17,713 bases of DNA from Candidatus Hermodarchaeota archaeon (GCA_048885535.1 JBHLLO010000063.1:1-17713); one strand, 5' to 3'; shown: positions 1 through 9,288, counted from the stretch's first letter. Program-made: numbers and translations. Notes: generated by a model from the letters alone, not told the origin.

Positions 1-565
1 GATTAACAATATATTCTTTGGGTTTAGGAGTAGAAATAACATATGAGGGAGATTCTCCAAATATAATTTCTGCTAAAGTTTGAAAAGTGTAATAAACCTT
101 CTGTTCATCTTGAGATAAAATTTCTGTAAATGCTGAAAGATTAAAGTTTTCTGCTATTGAAACCCCTTCTTCCCTGGAAACTTTTCGATTTCCACCTAAA
201 TTAACCTTAGTTCCAATCAACATTATGGGAATCGTTCCTACCTTTTGTCTAATAATTTGAATATATTCACTTAAGATACCTAAAGAATTTGGATCGGTGA
301 TATCGTATAAGAGTATAGCACCTCTGGCTCCGAGACAATACGTAGGCAACAAAAATCGAAAACGTTCTTCCCCTCCAAAACTCCATATTTGAAATTTAAT
401 GCTTCGCCCATCTAATTCTATAGTTTTAACATGGAAATCAACACCAATGGTTAATCTTTCAGATGGGTTAAAGACACTATGAAAATATCTTCGCGAAAAA
501 GATTGCTTTCCCTTATAGTTATCATTGAAGAGGATTATTTTAAATACGTAATCACAACTTGACAT
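1..565 (-). CDS. Rab/Ras-like small GTPase domain protein with degenerate G motifs; 3' end runs off the window
   Basis: Hand translation from ATG at 565: MSSCDYVFKIILFNDNYKGKQSFSRRYFHSVFNPSERLTIGVDFHVKTIELDGRSIKFQIWSFGGEERFRFLLPTYCLGARGAILLYDITD...IPIMLIGTKVNL...KVSREEG...KPKEYIVN. Rab-family segments (TIGVDF, KFQIW, EERFR, GAILLYDIT) are clear. No stop before position 1. Confidence 0.9.
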   Translation of the reverse strand, partial: MSSCDYVFKIILFNDNYKGKQSFSRRYFHSVFNPSERLTIGVDFHVKTIELDGRSIKFQIWSFGGEERFRFLLPTYCLGARGAILLYDITDPNSLGILSEYIQIIRQKVGTIPIMLIGTKVNLGGNRKVSREEGVSIAENFNLSAFTEILSQDEQKVYYTFQTLAEIIFGESPSYVISTPKPKEYIVN

Positions 566-740
566 TTTAATGGTTGAGAATGTAAATCTTCATATTCCTA
601 TCTTAATCTACCGTTTTTAATTAAGAATTAATTTGGTTTCTAAATGATACTTCTGCTATTAATAAGAAAAAACACACATATAAATATCATAGTTCTGTCA
701 GTTTTTCACGTGAATTAAAAGAACTTTTTCGTATTTTATC

Positions 741-1094
741 TTAAGATTCTCCCTTTTCAAGCCATGTTTTAATTGGAATCCATTCTTTATGTTCTATAGG
801 TCTGACTTCCATCTCCTTAGTAATGGATTTAAATCTAATGAAAGTTCTTGGGCTCATTATTCTACTATATCTATAGCTTAAAATTGACAGAACAACTAAA
901 ATGGGAACACAAATGATTAAGACCAAATATGAATTCATACCCGTCCAATACCCTATACCAAATAAATCATAATTAAATGAAGCTAAAAGAGCCCAAAATG
1001 TTAAAAATCCTAAGATGATAAATGCCGCGTATAGGGGTATCCTAATTATATTCCATTTTCTAAATAACTTGATACAATCTGTACAGGCGGGCAC
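741..1094 (-). CDS. Small membrane protein with two TM helices; probably extends upstream to about 1223 as a CxxC...CxxC Zn-ribbon protein
   Basis: ORF track shows two hydrophobic segments. The frame stays open upstream to the TAA at 1248-1250 and encodes IEIIKCVRCKSS...VPACTDC. Confidence 0.7.
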   Translation of the reverse strand: MPACTDCIKLFRKWNIIRIPLYAAFIILGFLTFWALLASFNYDLFGIGYWTGMNSYLVLIICVPILVVLSILSYRYSRIMSPRTFIRFKSITKEMEVRPIEHKEWIPIKTWLEKGES

Positions 1095-1310
1095 TGTTCC
1101 AGAGCTTACTTCTGTCCTATATCGATATCTTCCCCAAAAAGTTCCTTTAGTTTCCTTAACAACATGATGATAAGCTAATATCTTTTCAGAAGATTTACAT
1201 CTAACACACTTAATTATTTCGATCTTGTATGCACCTTTTGATTTTTGTTAAACTAAATCTTTGTTGTTATTCTATTTAAATCTTATATAAATACATGCAA
1301 TGTGACTAAA

Positions 1311-1500
1311 GACTTAATCATTGATTGTCTTCAATACAAGAGTTATGTGACCTCCTTATGATATTGTAGAGGAGCTTCTTGGGGCTATTATTCTTCCAGA
1401 TACTTTTCCTTGGTGGATAAGTCTTTTAAGTATACCCATAATAGCCATTGTCTTGGTTCTATTTAGAAAAAAGATATTTCGGATGAAGGGGAAGAAGTAA
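1311..1500 (+). pseudogene. 3' remnant of a membrane-anchored serine hydrolase (beta-lactamase family), copy 1
   Basis: Reads DL..LIVFNTRVM*PPYDIVEELLGAIILPDTFPWWISLLSIPIIAIVLVLFRKKIFRMKGKK*. In-frame TGA at 1348-1350 and no 5' part. Aligns with 4810-5033. Confidence 0.65.
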
Positions 1501-1540
1501 ATTTATTTTTTTATAAATCTAATGATTGAGATCAATCTTA
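1321..1540 (+). repeat. Diverged direct repeat, copy 1 (partner at 4854-5073)
   Basis: Aligns without gaps at an offset of 3533 nt, e.g. GCCATTGTCTTGGTTCTATTTAGAAAAA is present in both copies. Confidence 0.9.
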
Positions 1541-1559
1541 ATAGGACTTAAAAGAAGTA

Positions 1560-3656
1560 CTAATCTCTATTTATTAGAACAGCTTTATCTTTTCTTATAT
1601 GATATTCCCAAATAATCAAAAATGTTATGATAATTATAGTAAAAGGAAGAATATGAATCCATGGGATACTAGGTGCTACTGATTGACTTTCCAAGTGAAT
1701 CTTTATTTCATGAAAGCTGTGCTCATAATCGAAATGAATCTCAATTGTTGTTTGGTCGGTATTCAAGGTAAAATAGATCGGTATTCCATCAATAGACACT
1801 GCGTATGGGATAAGTGAGATTGCTTTAGGGAAAAAAACATCGCAATAACCGTTGGTTCCAGATGTACCATAGATCTCAAAGCTAATTTCATTTTGGGATT
1901 CATTAAACCGAAGTCCATAATCAGAGGAATTAGATTTAACTATTATATTATAAGGTGTATCATCTTTTATTATTACATAATTTGTTTTAGTTAATATTAA
2001 GGGTGTAATTTGGAACATCTTTGCATCAACCCAACTTTCACACGTTCTCTGAAGCGCCCATATATAGTCTCCATCCCAAGCAACTGCCCATGTACCATCA
2101 GCTACAGGATAAATTTGTCCTACAATTTTCCAATCATGAGTATATTTAGTTAGATTTCCTCCACCGGTGACTCCCCAGAAATGTGTTCCTGTCCACACTA
2201 AACCTCCGCTAATCCCCTCTCCAGGAATGTCAATTTCTTCAATAATTGCGCCAGATTTGTTCACTTTCCTTATTAAAGCTCCCCCCCTACTAGGGATATA
2301 AAGAAATTCTCCATCAGTAGTTAATCCTTGTACACCGCCTTCATCTTTTTTAGGTAGATCAAATGAATCATTCACTATGATTGCATTCCCTGAAATCGAA
2401 AATTTGAAAATTTTGAGCTGGCTATGATCGTAAGCAAAAAAATACTCACCATCCCATGCTAAACCACGTGCATTTTCAATAATATCATTTTGGATTTCAG
2501 TGTAATTACCTGTATCGGGTTCCATTCTTATAAAGTTTAAAGCACTCCCTATTTGGGCATTCCAAAAGTCAAATCGCCATAGGTAGCCCATTGCATATTC
2601 TAATGCCCATCCAAAACTTAGCCCTAATCCAACTCTTTTTATAACCCTTCTTGTTTCGTCTTTTAAATCATATACATAGGGATATTGATCAGCTGGATCA
2701 CCTGGAATATATCCCAATGTGTAGTTTTTCACATCCAGATAATCAAATACGGGAATTGGTAATATCATGGTTCCATTATCATTATTAATTAAAGTTACAT
2801 TAGCATTTGAAGTGACAGTGACTTGAGGAGTAGGTAATGATGGATCAAAAATGTTTTCTTCTAAAGTTGCATTTGAATGAGCTGCAATCGACACTATATC
2901 TCCACTATAATTAGTAAAGTAATTCCGTTTAAGATATGCTATTGAATTTTCTGAGTGAAACGCAACAATTCCATTTTTAAATATATTTCTTCTAACCGTT
3001 GCATTATTAAACTGTTCTAAAGCAATTTCATGATACCCGTTTCCATATAATGTGTTATTTACATACTCCACCTCAGAATATTCTGCATAAAGACCTTCTG
3101 TATTAACCCATCTTACTATTGAATTTGCAACTACAGATCCAGAGTAGAACTGGACAATTCCTACGAGTCCGTATTCCACAATAGTATAATTAAATATAGA
3201 ATCTGTAGTACCATTCATATATATTCCATCCCAATCCCCATTAATTGGTGGTGCAGCATCTGACGTAAACCAAATCTGTTGATCTGATGCTCCTAAGGCT
3301 TTTATGGTTCCGGCGACAAAAAGACTTAATCTTGCATCTGGAAATTTATATCCTCTATAGTGCTTAAATCTAACAATTGTTCCGGGCAAAATAGTTAGTG
3401 TAGCACCCTTAGAGACAGTAATACTTCGAGTTATAAGTATATTTCCACTCCATGTCTCATCGGTATTAATTGTTTCATTCTTTATCTGTACTGAGGTGTT
3501 AATCGATTCTATCTCTTCATTATAGTATAGAGTATCATTAATCTTGTTTGGTTTAATATTAGGAAACTCAATAATCAGAATACTAACAAAAATTAAGCCA
3601 AAAAGTAATACTGGTGATATTAGGATAAATTGTTTATGTGATTTTAGCATTCTCAA
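1560..3656 (-). CDS. Membrane-anchored surface protein: right-handed parallel beta-helix, beta-propeller-like repeats, C-terminal beta-sandwich domain and TM anchor
   Basis: N-terminal hydrophobic segment. ITVSKGATLTILPGTIVRF and FTS...GDWDGI are typical of beta-helix N-termini. GLAWDG, GLTTDG, GLVWTG and AVAWDG repeats suggest a propeller. SNS...FN..EISF...GTNGYCDVFFPK domain precedes a C-terminal TM helix. Confidence 0.8.
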   Translation of the reverse strand: MRMLKSHKQFILISPVLLFGLIFVSILIIEFPNIKPNKINDTLYYNEEIESINTSVQIKNETINTDETWSGNILITRSITVSKGATLTILPGTIVRFKHYRGYKFPDARLSLFVAGTIKALGASDQQIWFTSDAAPPINGDWDGIYMNGTTDSIFNYTIVEYGLVGIVQFYSGSVVANSIVRWVNTEGLYAEYSEVEYVNNTLYGNGYHEIALEQFNNATVRRNIFKNGIVAFHSENSIAYLKRNYFTNYSGDIVSIAAHSNATLEENIFDPSLPTPQVTVTSNANVTLINNDNGTMILPIPVFDYLDVKNYTLGYIPGDPADQYPYVYDLKDETRRVIKRVGLGLSFGWALEYAMGYLWRFDFWNAQIGSALNFIRMEPDTGNYTEIQNDIIENARGLAWDGEYFFAYDHSQLKIFKFSISGNAIIVNDSFDLPKKDEGGVQGLTTDGEFLYIPSRGGALIRKVNKSGAIIEEIDIPGEGISGGLVWTGTHFWGVTGGGNLTKYTHDWKIVGQIYPVADGTWAVAWDGDYIWALQRTCESWVDAKMFQITPLILTKTNYVIIKDDTPYNIIVKSNSSDYGLRFNESQNEISFEIYGTSGTNGYCDVFFPKAISLIPYAVSIDGIPIYFTLNTDQTTIEIHFDYEHSFHEIKIHLESQSVAPSIPWIHILPFTIIIITFLIIWEYHIRKDKAVLINRD

Positions 3657-3857
3657 CCCTGCTTAAAAAATGCATAATAATATATACGATTCATTTGTAT
3701 AAAAATATTATTTTCACTGAACTCGGTTTGGCAGTTTTTAAGGAGAACAAGAATTCTAATAATAACGAGTAAATTTTCGTATCAATCACTATATAATAAA
3801 GTGAATTAAACGAAAATAGCTCAAAATTTAATAAAATATAATAAAAATAAAAAAGAG

Positions 3858-4301
3858 TTAGAGTAAATTCATCATTTCTTGGATATTTTTTTCAATAGTT
3901 ATTATATGTTTAGATGATATATTTCTGCCTTCCACAACAACTGCCGGACCAACGGTTTTTAATTCCAACCAATCACACATTACCTTTAAATGTCTAATAT
4001 CTCCACTTCCACCGTGTGAAATAAAACAAAATACTGGACGTCCTTTCAGAGTTGCTCGATCTGAAAATAATTCATCAAAAAATATCTTTATATAACCTGA
4101 CGGTGCACTAAAATAATTAGGTGTTCCAATTATATATCCATCTGCTGATTTAAGAGTATCGAAATCTAGTTCTTTAGCATCCATAAGTTCCATATCTACA
4201 TTAGGCGCTCCTGTATTAGAAAAACAATCTAATATTTTATCAGCTACTTTTCTTACATTTCCTGTTTTTGAATAATACACGATATATATTTTTTTTACCA
4301 T
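3858..4301 (-). CDS. Flavodoxin-like FMN-binding protein (WrbA/NAD(P)H oxidoreductase family)
   Basis: YYSKTGNV FMN phosphate loop; ADGYIIGTPNYF motif. Confidence 0.9.
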   Translation of the reverse strand: MVKKIYIVYYSKTGNVRKVADKILDCFSNTGAPNVDMELMDAKELDFDTLKSADGYIIGTPNYFSAPSGYIKIFFDELFSDRATLKGRPVFCFISHGGSGDIRHLKVMCDWLELKTVGPAVVVEGRNISSKHIITIEKNIQEMMNLL

Positions 4302-4317
4302 TTTTTCTATAATCCCT

Positions 4318-4713
4318 CTAATTTAACTCGATCTCTAAATAGATATGCTTCTTTTCCTTACTTTTTACTAAATTAAATAAGACATGCCACATCCTAAATG
4401 CACTATATTTCTTCCGAAATAAGCTATATATCTGACTTGTTTCATCTGCAGCCATTACTCTGGCTTTTCCTTCAAAATATTCACCTTTAAGATTTCCGCT
4501 GGAATCCGATGCCGCAATTTCAACTTTTGGGTTATTTCGGATTCGCCTCACTTTATATGATCCTCCTCCAGTACAGATATAAAATTTACTATTGTTCTCC
4601 AGAAACCAAACAGGTGTGGCAGCACTTGTTCCATCCTTACGGAAAGTTTTAATACTAATATGTTGTACTTCTTTTAGTTGGTTTAAATTTCTACTCATTT
4701 CAATATCCTCCAT
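4318..4713 (-). CDS. PPOX-class F420-dependent oxidoreductase (Rv2061-like)
   Basis: ISIKTFRKDGTSAATPVW and KVRRIRNNPKVEIA motifs. The true start may be the second Met (MSRN). Confidence 0.88.
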   Translation of the reverse strand: MEDIEMSRNLNQLKEVQHISIKTFRKDGTSAATPVWFLENNSKFYICTGGGSYKVRRIRNNPKVEIAASDSSGNLKGEYFEGKARVMAADETSQIYSLFRKKYSAFRMWHVLFNLVKSKEKKHIYLEIELN

Positions 4714-4809
4714 ATTTTTTTTTATTTATAATTATAAAAAAATTTTGTATTTTTTTCCCTGTTATCTTCACTCTTTCAAATTTAATGAGAAATGTGAAGA
4801 ATAATCTAA

Positions 4810-5033
4810 GATACCAAGGACAAGTGATATTTGTTAACCCTGAAATGGATTTAGTGATCGTTTTTAATGCTAGAGATATGTGACCACCTTATGAAATTAT
4901 AGAATAGCTTCTTGGAGCTATTCTCCTTCCAGAAACATTTCCTTGGTGGATTGGGCTTTTAAGTATATCCATAATGGCCATTGTCTTGGTTCTATTTAGA
5001 AAAAGGATATTTCGAATGAAGAGGAAGACGTAA
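4810..5033 (+). pseudogene. 3' remnant of a membrane-anchored serine hydrolase (beta-lactamase family), copy 2
   Basis: Reads YQGQVIFVNPEMDLVIVFNARDM*PPYEIIE*LLGAILLPETFPWWIGLLSISIMAIVLVLFRKRIFRMKRKT*. QVIFVNPEMDLVIV matches QVIAVIPDLNLIVV of the intact hydrolase at 6083-7318. Two in-frame stops. Confidence 0.7.
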
Positions 5034-5073
5034 ATTTATTTTTTCTTAAATCTAATAATTGAAATCATTTCTA
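4854..5073 (+). repeat. Diverged direct repeat, copy 2 (partner at 1321-1540)
   Basis: Visual alignment to 1321-1540. Includes the last codons of the nitroreductase gene on the minus strand. Confidence 0.9.
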
Positions 5074-5566
5074 ACAAGTTTGAAAAGTCTGTTGTATCAG
5101 GATCATCTGTTTTAGGATTCCAACCAAATAAAAGTTTAGCAGATCTTCCGTGTTTTTTAACGTACCATTTAACAACATGAAGTTTCTCATCATCACTTGT
5201 GATATACTCTATTTTTGGATTGAAGCGGTGAAAACCATGTCGAACAGATACAGAATCGGGATCATGTCTTGCATTTTTCATCCATCCAGCATCTTCCCCC
5301 CTGCCCGAAATAACTGTAATAATCCCATTTATTCGATGATATTCCAATGGAGTTCTTCTTTTCTTCCCAGATTTCCTCCCTTTTGTAGTTAATATGAGAA
5401 ATATTCTTCCAAAGCCAAAAAGAGGTAATAAATAGCACCTGTATAATGGAAGAACGAGATATTTATTCAATCTTCTCCATCTTTTTAGGGTTTTATTCCT
5501 AACTTCTTCATCTTCATGATTTAAATTATAAAGTGGTGTATTGGGTCTTGGTAACATACAAATCAA
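5036..5566 (-). CDS. Deazaflavin (F420H2)-dependent nitroreductase/quinone reductase family (Ddn-like)
   Basis: LILTTKGRKSGKKRRTPL and WMKNARHDP motifs. Start is either the TTG at 5566, overlapping the upstream stop, or the ATG at 5557. Confidence 0.88.
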   Translation of the reverse strand: MICMLPRPNTPLYNLNHEDEEVRNKTLKRWRRLNKYLVLPLYRCYLLPLFGFGRIFLILTTKGRKSGKKRRTPLEYHRINGIITVISGRGEDAGWMKNARHDPDSVSVRHGFHRFNPKIEYITSDDEKLHVVKWYVKKHGRSAKLLFGWNPKTDDPDTTDFSNLLEMISIIRFKKK

Positions 5567-5973
5567 TTTTTCTTTTTAAATTTAAAAATTGAGAAAGTTC
5601 CATAAGCTTTTGCCACAAGAATTCCCTCATTCATAATCTCTGATTCAAGAAAACCCATAGATTTTCCTCTATGAATAACTTTCGTATCGCAAATAATTGT
5701 TCCTTCTTTTGCTGACTTAAAATAGCTTATTTTAATTTCAATCGTTGCGCATAATTCATCTCTTTCCAATAGAGAATATAACGCGGCACCCATACACGTG
5801 TCTGCCATTGAATATAACACCCCTCCATGTACTATACTATGTGGATTGAAATGCTTTTCATCAATCTGTAAAATACATTGCGAATAGCCCTCTTCAAATT
5901 TAGTAAATTCAATCCCAAGTAAATCTCCAAATTTATGGAACCCTTTCATTTTCATAGGAAATGGTTTAGGCAT
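5563..5973 (-). CDS. PaaI family thioesterase (hotdog fold)
   Basis: HFNPHSIVHGGVLYSMADTCMG and ATIEIKISYF motifs. Confidence 0.93.
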   Translation of the reverse strand: MPKPFPMKMKGFHKFGDLLGIEFTKFEEGYSQCILQIDEKHFNPHSIVHGGVLYSMADTCMGAALYSLLERDELCATIEIKISYFKSAKEGTIICDTKVIHRGKSMGFLESEIMNEGILVAKAYGTFSIFKFKKKN

Positions 5974-6082
5974 AATTGTTTAAAATACTTCATTATTATA
6001 AATATTTTTAATATTCAAGAAAAATGATTTTAGAAACTGGACTATTAATTTCTTATATTCATAAATATATAATTGATTAATT

Positions 6083-7318
6083 ATGAAGCAAATTTCTAAG
6101 CAATTGTTTATACTCATTTTGAGCTTAAGCTCCTTTTTCTTCACTTTATTGTATTTAAACTCCTTTCACTATGTAAGTTTAAAGCCAGTTTCCCATGTTG
6201 ATGGTATAGAAGTAAAAAGTTCGGATCCCGAGTATTGGCCGCTTTCAGGGTGGAGAACTTCATTACCAGGAGATCAAGGGGTAGCTATATCAAAATTGAG
6301 AGAGATGGAGGTATATATTGATAATAATAATTTAGGAGGTTATATTGATTCTTTACTTATTATACGAAACGGTTATCTAGTATACGAGGAATATCCTTCT
6401 GGCTATTATGATGAGAGTGATAGGCATCATATCTATTCATGTACCAAAGTGTTTATTTCTGCCTTAATAGGAGTTGCAATTGAGGAGGGTTATATCACTG
6501 GGATTGATGATCTCGTTCTTGATTTTTTCCCAAATAAAACCTTTGCTAATTTAGATTCGCGAAAAGAAGCTATCACTATTAAGCACCTACTTACTATGAC
6601 TTCTGGATTATCATGGATTGACAATATTAATTATTATCAGATGGATGGGAGTCCTGACTGGGTTCAGTATGTGTTAGATCGACCAATGGAACATCAACCT
6701 GGAACCGTGTGGAACTATAATTCCGGAGGATCACACGTTTTATCAGCCATTCTTGACCAAGTAACCCCAAATGGAACCCGTGCATACGCTGAAGCCAAGA
6801 TTTTCGATCCATTAAATATTAACTATGTATGGTATACTGGCAGTCAAGGAATTCCAAATGGAGGAACTTTATTACATCTTACACCGAGAGCTATGGCTAA
6901 ATTTGGATTTTTATATTTGAATAGTGGTTATTGGAATGGTACTCAACTTATTCCCTCAGATTGGATAGTTGATTCTATAACACCTTTTATGGAAGTACAT
7001 TTTGATCAAGAAGCAGGATCAGGCTATGGGTATAAATGGTGGATTTACGGAGATATTAACGCTTATGCTGCTCGCGGTTCAAATGATCAAGTTATTGCAG
7101 TAATTCCCGATCTTAATTTAATAGTAGTATGTACCGGTAATACAGAATTTCAATACATAAGATTATTGATCGACTATATCCTTCCTTCGGTAGGCTTATA
7201 CCCATTAGATCTTGACGCCATAATCGTCCTTGCTGTCAGTTTAAGTGCATTAGGCGTTTTCTTAGGTTTTTTGTTACATCGTATGCAAAAAAGAATATCT
7301 CTGCGAGAGCAGAGATAA
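6083..7318 (+). CDS. Serine hydrolase, beta-lactamase/AmpC-like family, with N- and C-terminal TM segments
   Basis: SCTK (SxxK), ITIKHLLTMTSG, PGTVWNYNS, LTPRAMAKFG and GYGYKWW motifs. Confidence 0.93.
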   Translation: MKQISKQLFILILSLSSFFFTLLYLNSFHYVSLKPVSHVDGIEVKSSDPEYWPLSGWRTSLPGDQGVAISKLREMEVYIDNNNLGGYIDSLLIIRNGYLVYEEYPSGYYDESDRHHIYSCTKVFISALIGVAIEEGYITGIDDLVLDFFPNKTFANLDSRKEAITIKHLLTMTSGLSWIDNINYYQMDGSPDWVQYVLDRPMEHQPGTVWNYNSGGSHVLSAILDQVTPNGTRAYAEAKIFDPLNINYVWYTGSQGIPNGGTLLHLTPRAMAKFGFLYLNSGYWNGTQLIPSDWIVDSITPFMEVHFDQEAGSGYGYKWWIYGDINAYAARGSNDQVIAVIPDLNLIVVCTGNTEFQYIRLLIDYILPSVGLYPLDLDAIIVLAVSLSALGVFLGFLLHRMQKRISLREQR

Positions 7319-7443
7319 AAGAAGAATATTATAATGCGATAAAGAGAGAAGAAAATTAATTTTTTCTTATATTTTTAAGGTTAAAGGTTAAATATCATTT
7401 TAATAACTTATTTTTTATATCTAAAATCACTTCAATACATTTA

Positions 7444-8754
7444 ATGAACGGAATTGAATATCTTCCCGTAATAATATTGAATTTGGTATTATTTGCGATC
7501 TTAATGGCTTTTTACTCTCAAAGTAAATTCGATTACTTCCCCATCGCATTAATTATTGGGACCGTCGTAGTGGTCTCAATGCTCATAATTGGTATTCAAG
7601 AGGGAGAAATTCTCGGATTTATTAATTTCAACACTTTAATTTTTATATTTGCAATGCAAGTAATCATTTACTTTGCAATTAATGACAGGGTTTTAGAATA
7701 TCTTGCAATCAAATTGATCCATATTACAAAAGGGAATAATCGAACTTTCTTTTACATGATTTGTATTTTTACAAGTATTATGGTTGCTTTTATAGAGGAT
7801 TTAACTCTATCTTTGATTTTAGTTCCATTAATTTACAGAACGTGTAGAATTTTAGATATAAGAGCCGGTACTTATATGATGGGGATGACTATTACTATAA
7901 ATATTGGTGCTATACTCACACCTGTTTCGAGTTTAAAGAACCTAATTATCGCTAAGGCGTTTAACTGGGGATTTGGCGAATATTTTATTAATATGGGTCT
8001 GCTGTTTTTAATTACATTAATTTTAACTATTTTCTTGATTGATAGGTTATTTTTGAAAAAAGAAGAAAAACCAACTGAAAAAAACAAGAAGATTTTATTA
8101 TCAATGCTTAAACCAACAATAGTGATACAAGATAAGAGATATTTTTTAATAACAACAATAGTTCTCATAGGCACCTTCGTGTTCATGATCATAGGATTTG
8201 AACCTGCACTTGTTGCGATTATATCTGCTGCAATACTCCTTCTTTTACATTATAAGACTTCTGACTTCTCAAACATTAAGAACGAAATTGAGTGGAAACT
8301 TATTATAGTATTCGCAATTATGTTCATTATTTCGAATTCATTAGCAGCATTAGGCTTTTCAGAACTAATATCCACAAGTTTGATAAGCTTTATAAATAAT
8401 AACATCTATCTTGCGGTATTGGTCACATTGGGGCTTTCTTCTCTTTTCTCTGCATTTCTCGCAGGTACACCGGTTACCATCATTCTACTCCCCATTTTTT
8501 CGGTTATAGTTGGAGAATTCGGTCTCCCTATTGGTAACCCAATTATAATAGCCTTCATAGGTGGTGTTAATTTGGCTGGTAACTTTTTACCGCAAGGTTC
8601 TGCATGTGATCTACTCACCTTATCATTGGCAAAAAAGTATAAAGTAGCAAATTTAAACTATAAGCGGCTTTTAAAAAATGGTGCCCTTTTCGCAACCATT
8701 CATTTATTTATCATATTAGGATATACAATGATTTATACTTTAATATTAGGTTAA
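7444..8754 (+). CDS. SLC13/ArsB-NhaD (IT superfamily) permease
   Basis: About 12 hydrophobic segments; NIGAILTP.SSLKNLII and NLAGNFLPQGSACDL repeats typical of the family. Confidence 0.85.
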   Translation: MNGIEYLPVIILNLVLFAILMAFYSQSKFDYFPIALIIGTVVVVSMLIIGIQEGEILGFINFNTLIFIFAMQVIIYFAINDRVLEYLAIKLIHITKGNNRTFFYMICIFTSIMVAFIEDLTLSLILVPLIYRTCRILDIRAGTYMMGMTITINIGAILTPVSSLKNLIIAKAFNWGFGEYFINMGLLFLITLILTIFLIDRLFLKKEEKPTEKNKKILLSMLKPTIVIQDKRYFLITTIVLIGTFVFMIIGFEPALVAIISAAILLLLHYKTSDFSNIKNEIEWKLIIVFAIMFIISNSLAALGFSELISTSLISFINNNIYLAVLVTLGLSSLFSAFLAGTPVTIILLPIFSVIVGEFGLPIGNPIIIAFIGGVNLAGNFLPQGSACDLLTLSLAKKYKVANLNYKRLLKNGALFATIHLFIILGYTMIYTLILG

Positions 8755-8847
8755 AAGAATTATTTATGTAAACATTCTTGAGATTTTTTTTATAAAATAT
8801 TAAAATATTTTTTTAATAGGTAGTCTTGCTAGAATTACAAGAGAAAG

Positions 8848-9288
8848 GTGATAAATTTGGTCAAAGTAAGTCCTTATTTGTTGGTTAAGAATGGAAAAGC
8901 TGCTATAGAGCTATATAAAGAATTATTCGGAGCAAAATTAGTAGATCATATGCCATTTACTAAAGAAGTTGGTAAAGAATTTAGTTTACCTAAGGGATTT
9001 GATTATGATAATTCTACAATGCATGCTGTATTAGATATAGAAGGCGCTGAGATCATGGTTGCTGATAACTTTACAGGGCTTTCACCGGGTGGAAATGTTG
9101 AAGTTGTTTTACATCTGGATACTAAGAGGCAAATTGAAACAATCTATAAGAAAGCGAAAGCCAAGAATTTCAAAATAAAAATGGAGCTTCAACAAACATT
9201 TTGGGGTTCTTGGTATACAAGATTCGAAGATTCAGAGGGCGTAGGATGGCAATTAAATTTCCAGGAACACCCTCCTGAAAAATCTTAA
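8848..9288 (+). CDS. VOC/glyoxalase family protein (PhnB-like)
   Basis: PYLLVKNGKAAIELYKELFGA, MHAVLDI and TFWGSWY..FEDSEGVGWQLN motifs. Confidence 0.9.
   Translation: MINLVKVSPYLLVKNGKAAIELYKELFGAKLVDHMPFTKEVGKEFSLPKGFDYDNSTMHAVLDIEGAEIMVADNFTGLSPGGNVEVVLHLDTKRQIETIYKKAKAKNFKIKMELQQTFWGSWYTRFEDSEGVGWQLNFQEHPPEKS

Noticed and set aside
1348-1350. Selenocysteine codon in the hydrolase remnant
   Set aside because: The context (M*PPY) is not a redox motif and Trp is the likelier ancestral residue. No SECIS was recognised, and copy 2 has an additional TAG.
1321-5073. Direct repeats as a DGR template/variable repeat pair
   Set aside because: Mismatches are not confined to adenines of one copy and show a codon third-position bias. 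The RT is retron-type and over 10 kb away.
4592-5392. ORFs 4592-4804 (+) and 5150-5392 (+)
   Set aside because: Antisense shadows of the F420 oxidoreductase genes with no recognisable motifs.
6627-8618. ORFs 6627-6812, 7872-8192 and 8406-8618 (-)
   Set aside because: Antisense to the well-supported hydrolase and permease genes.
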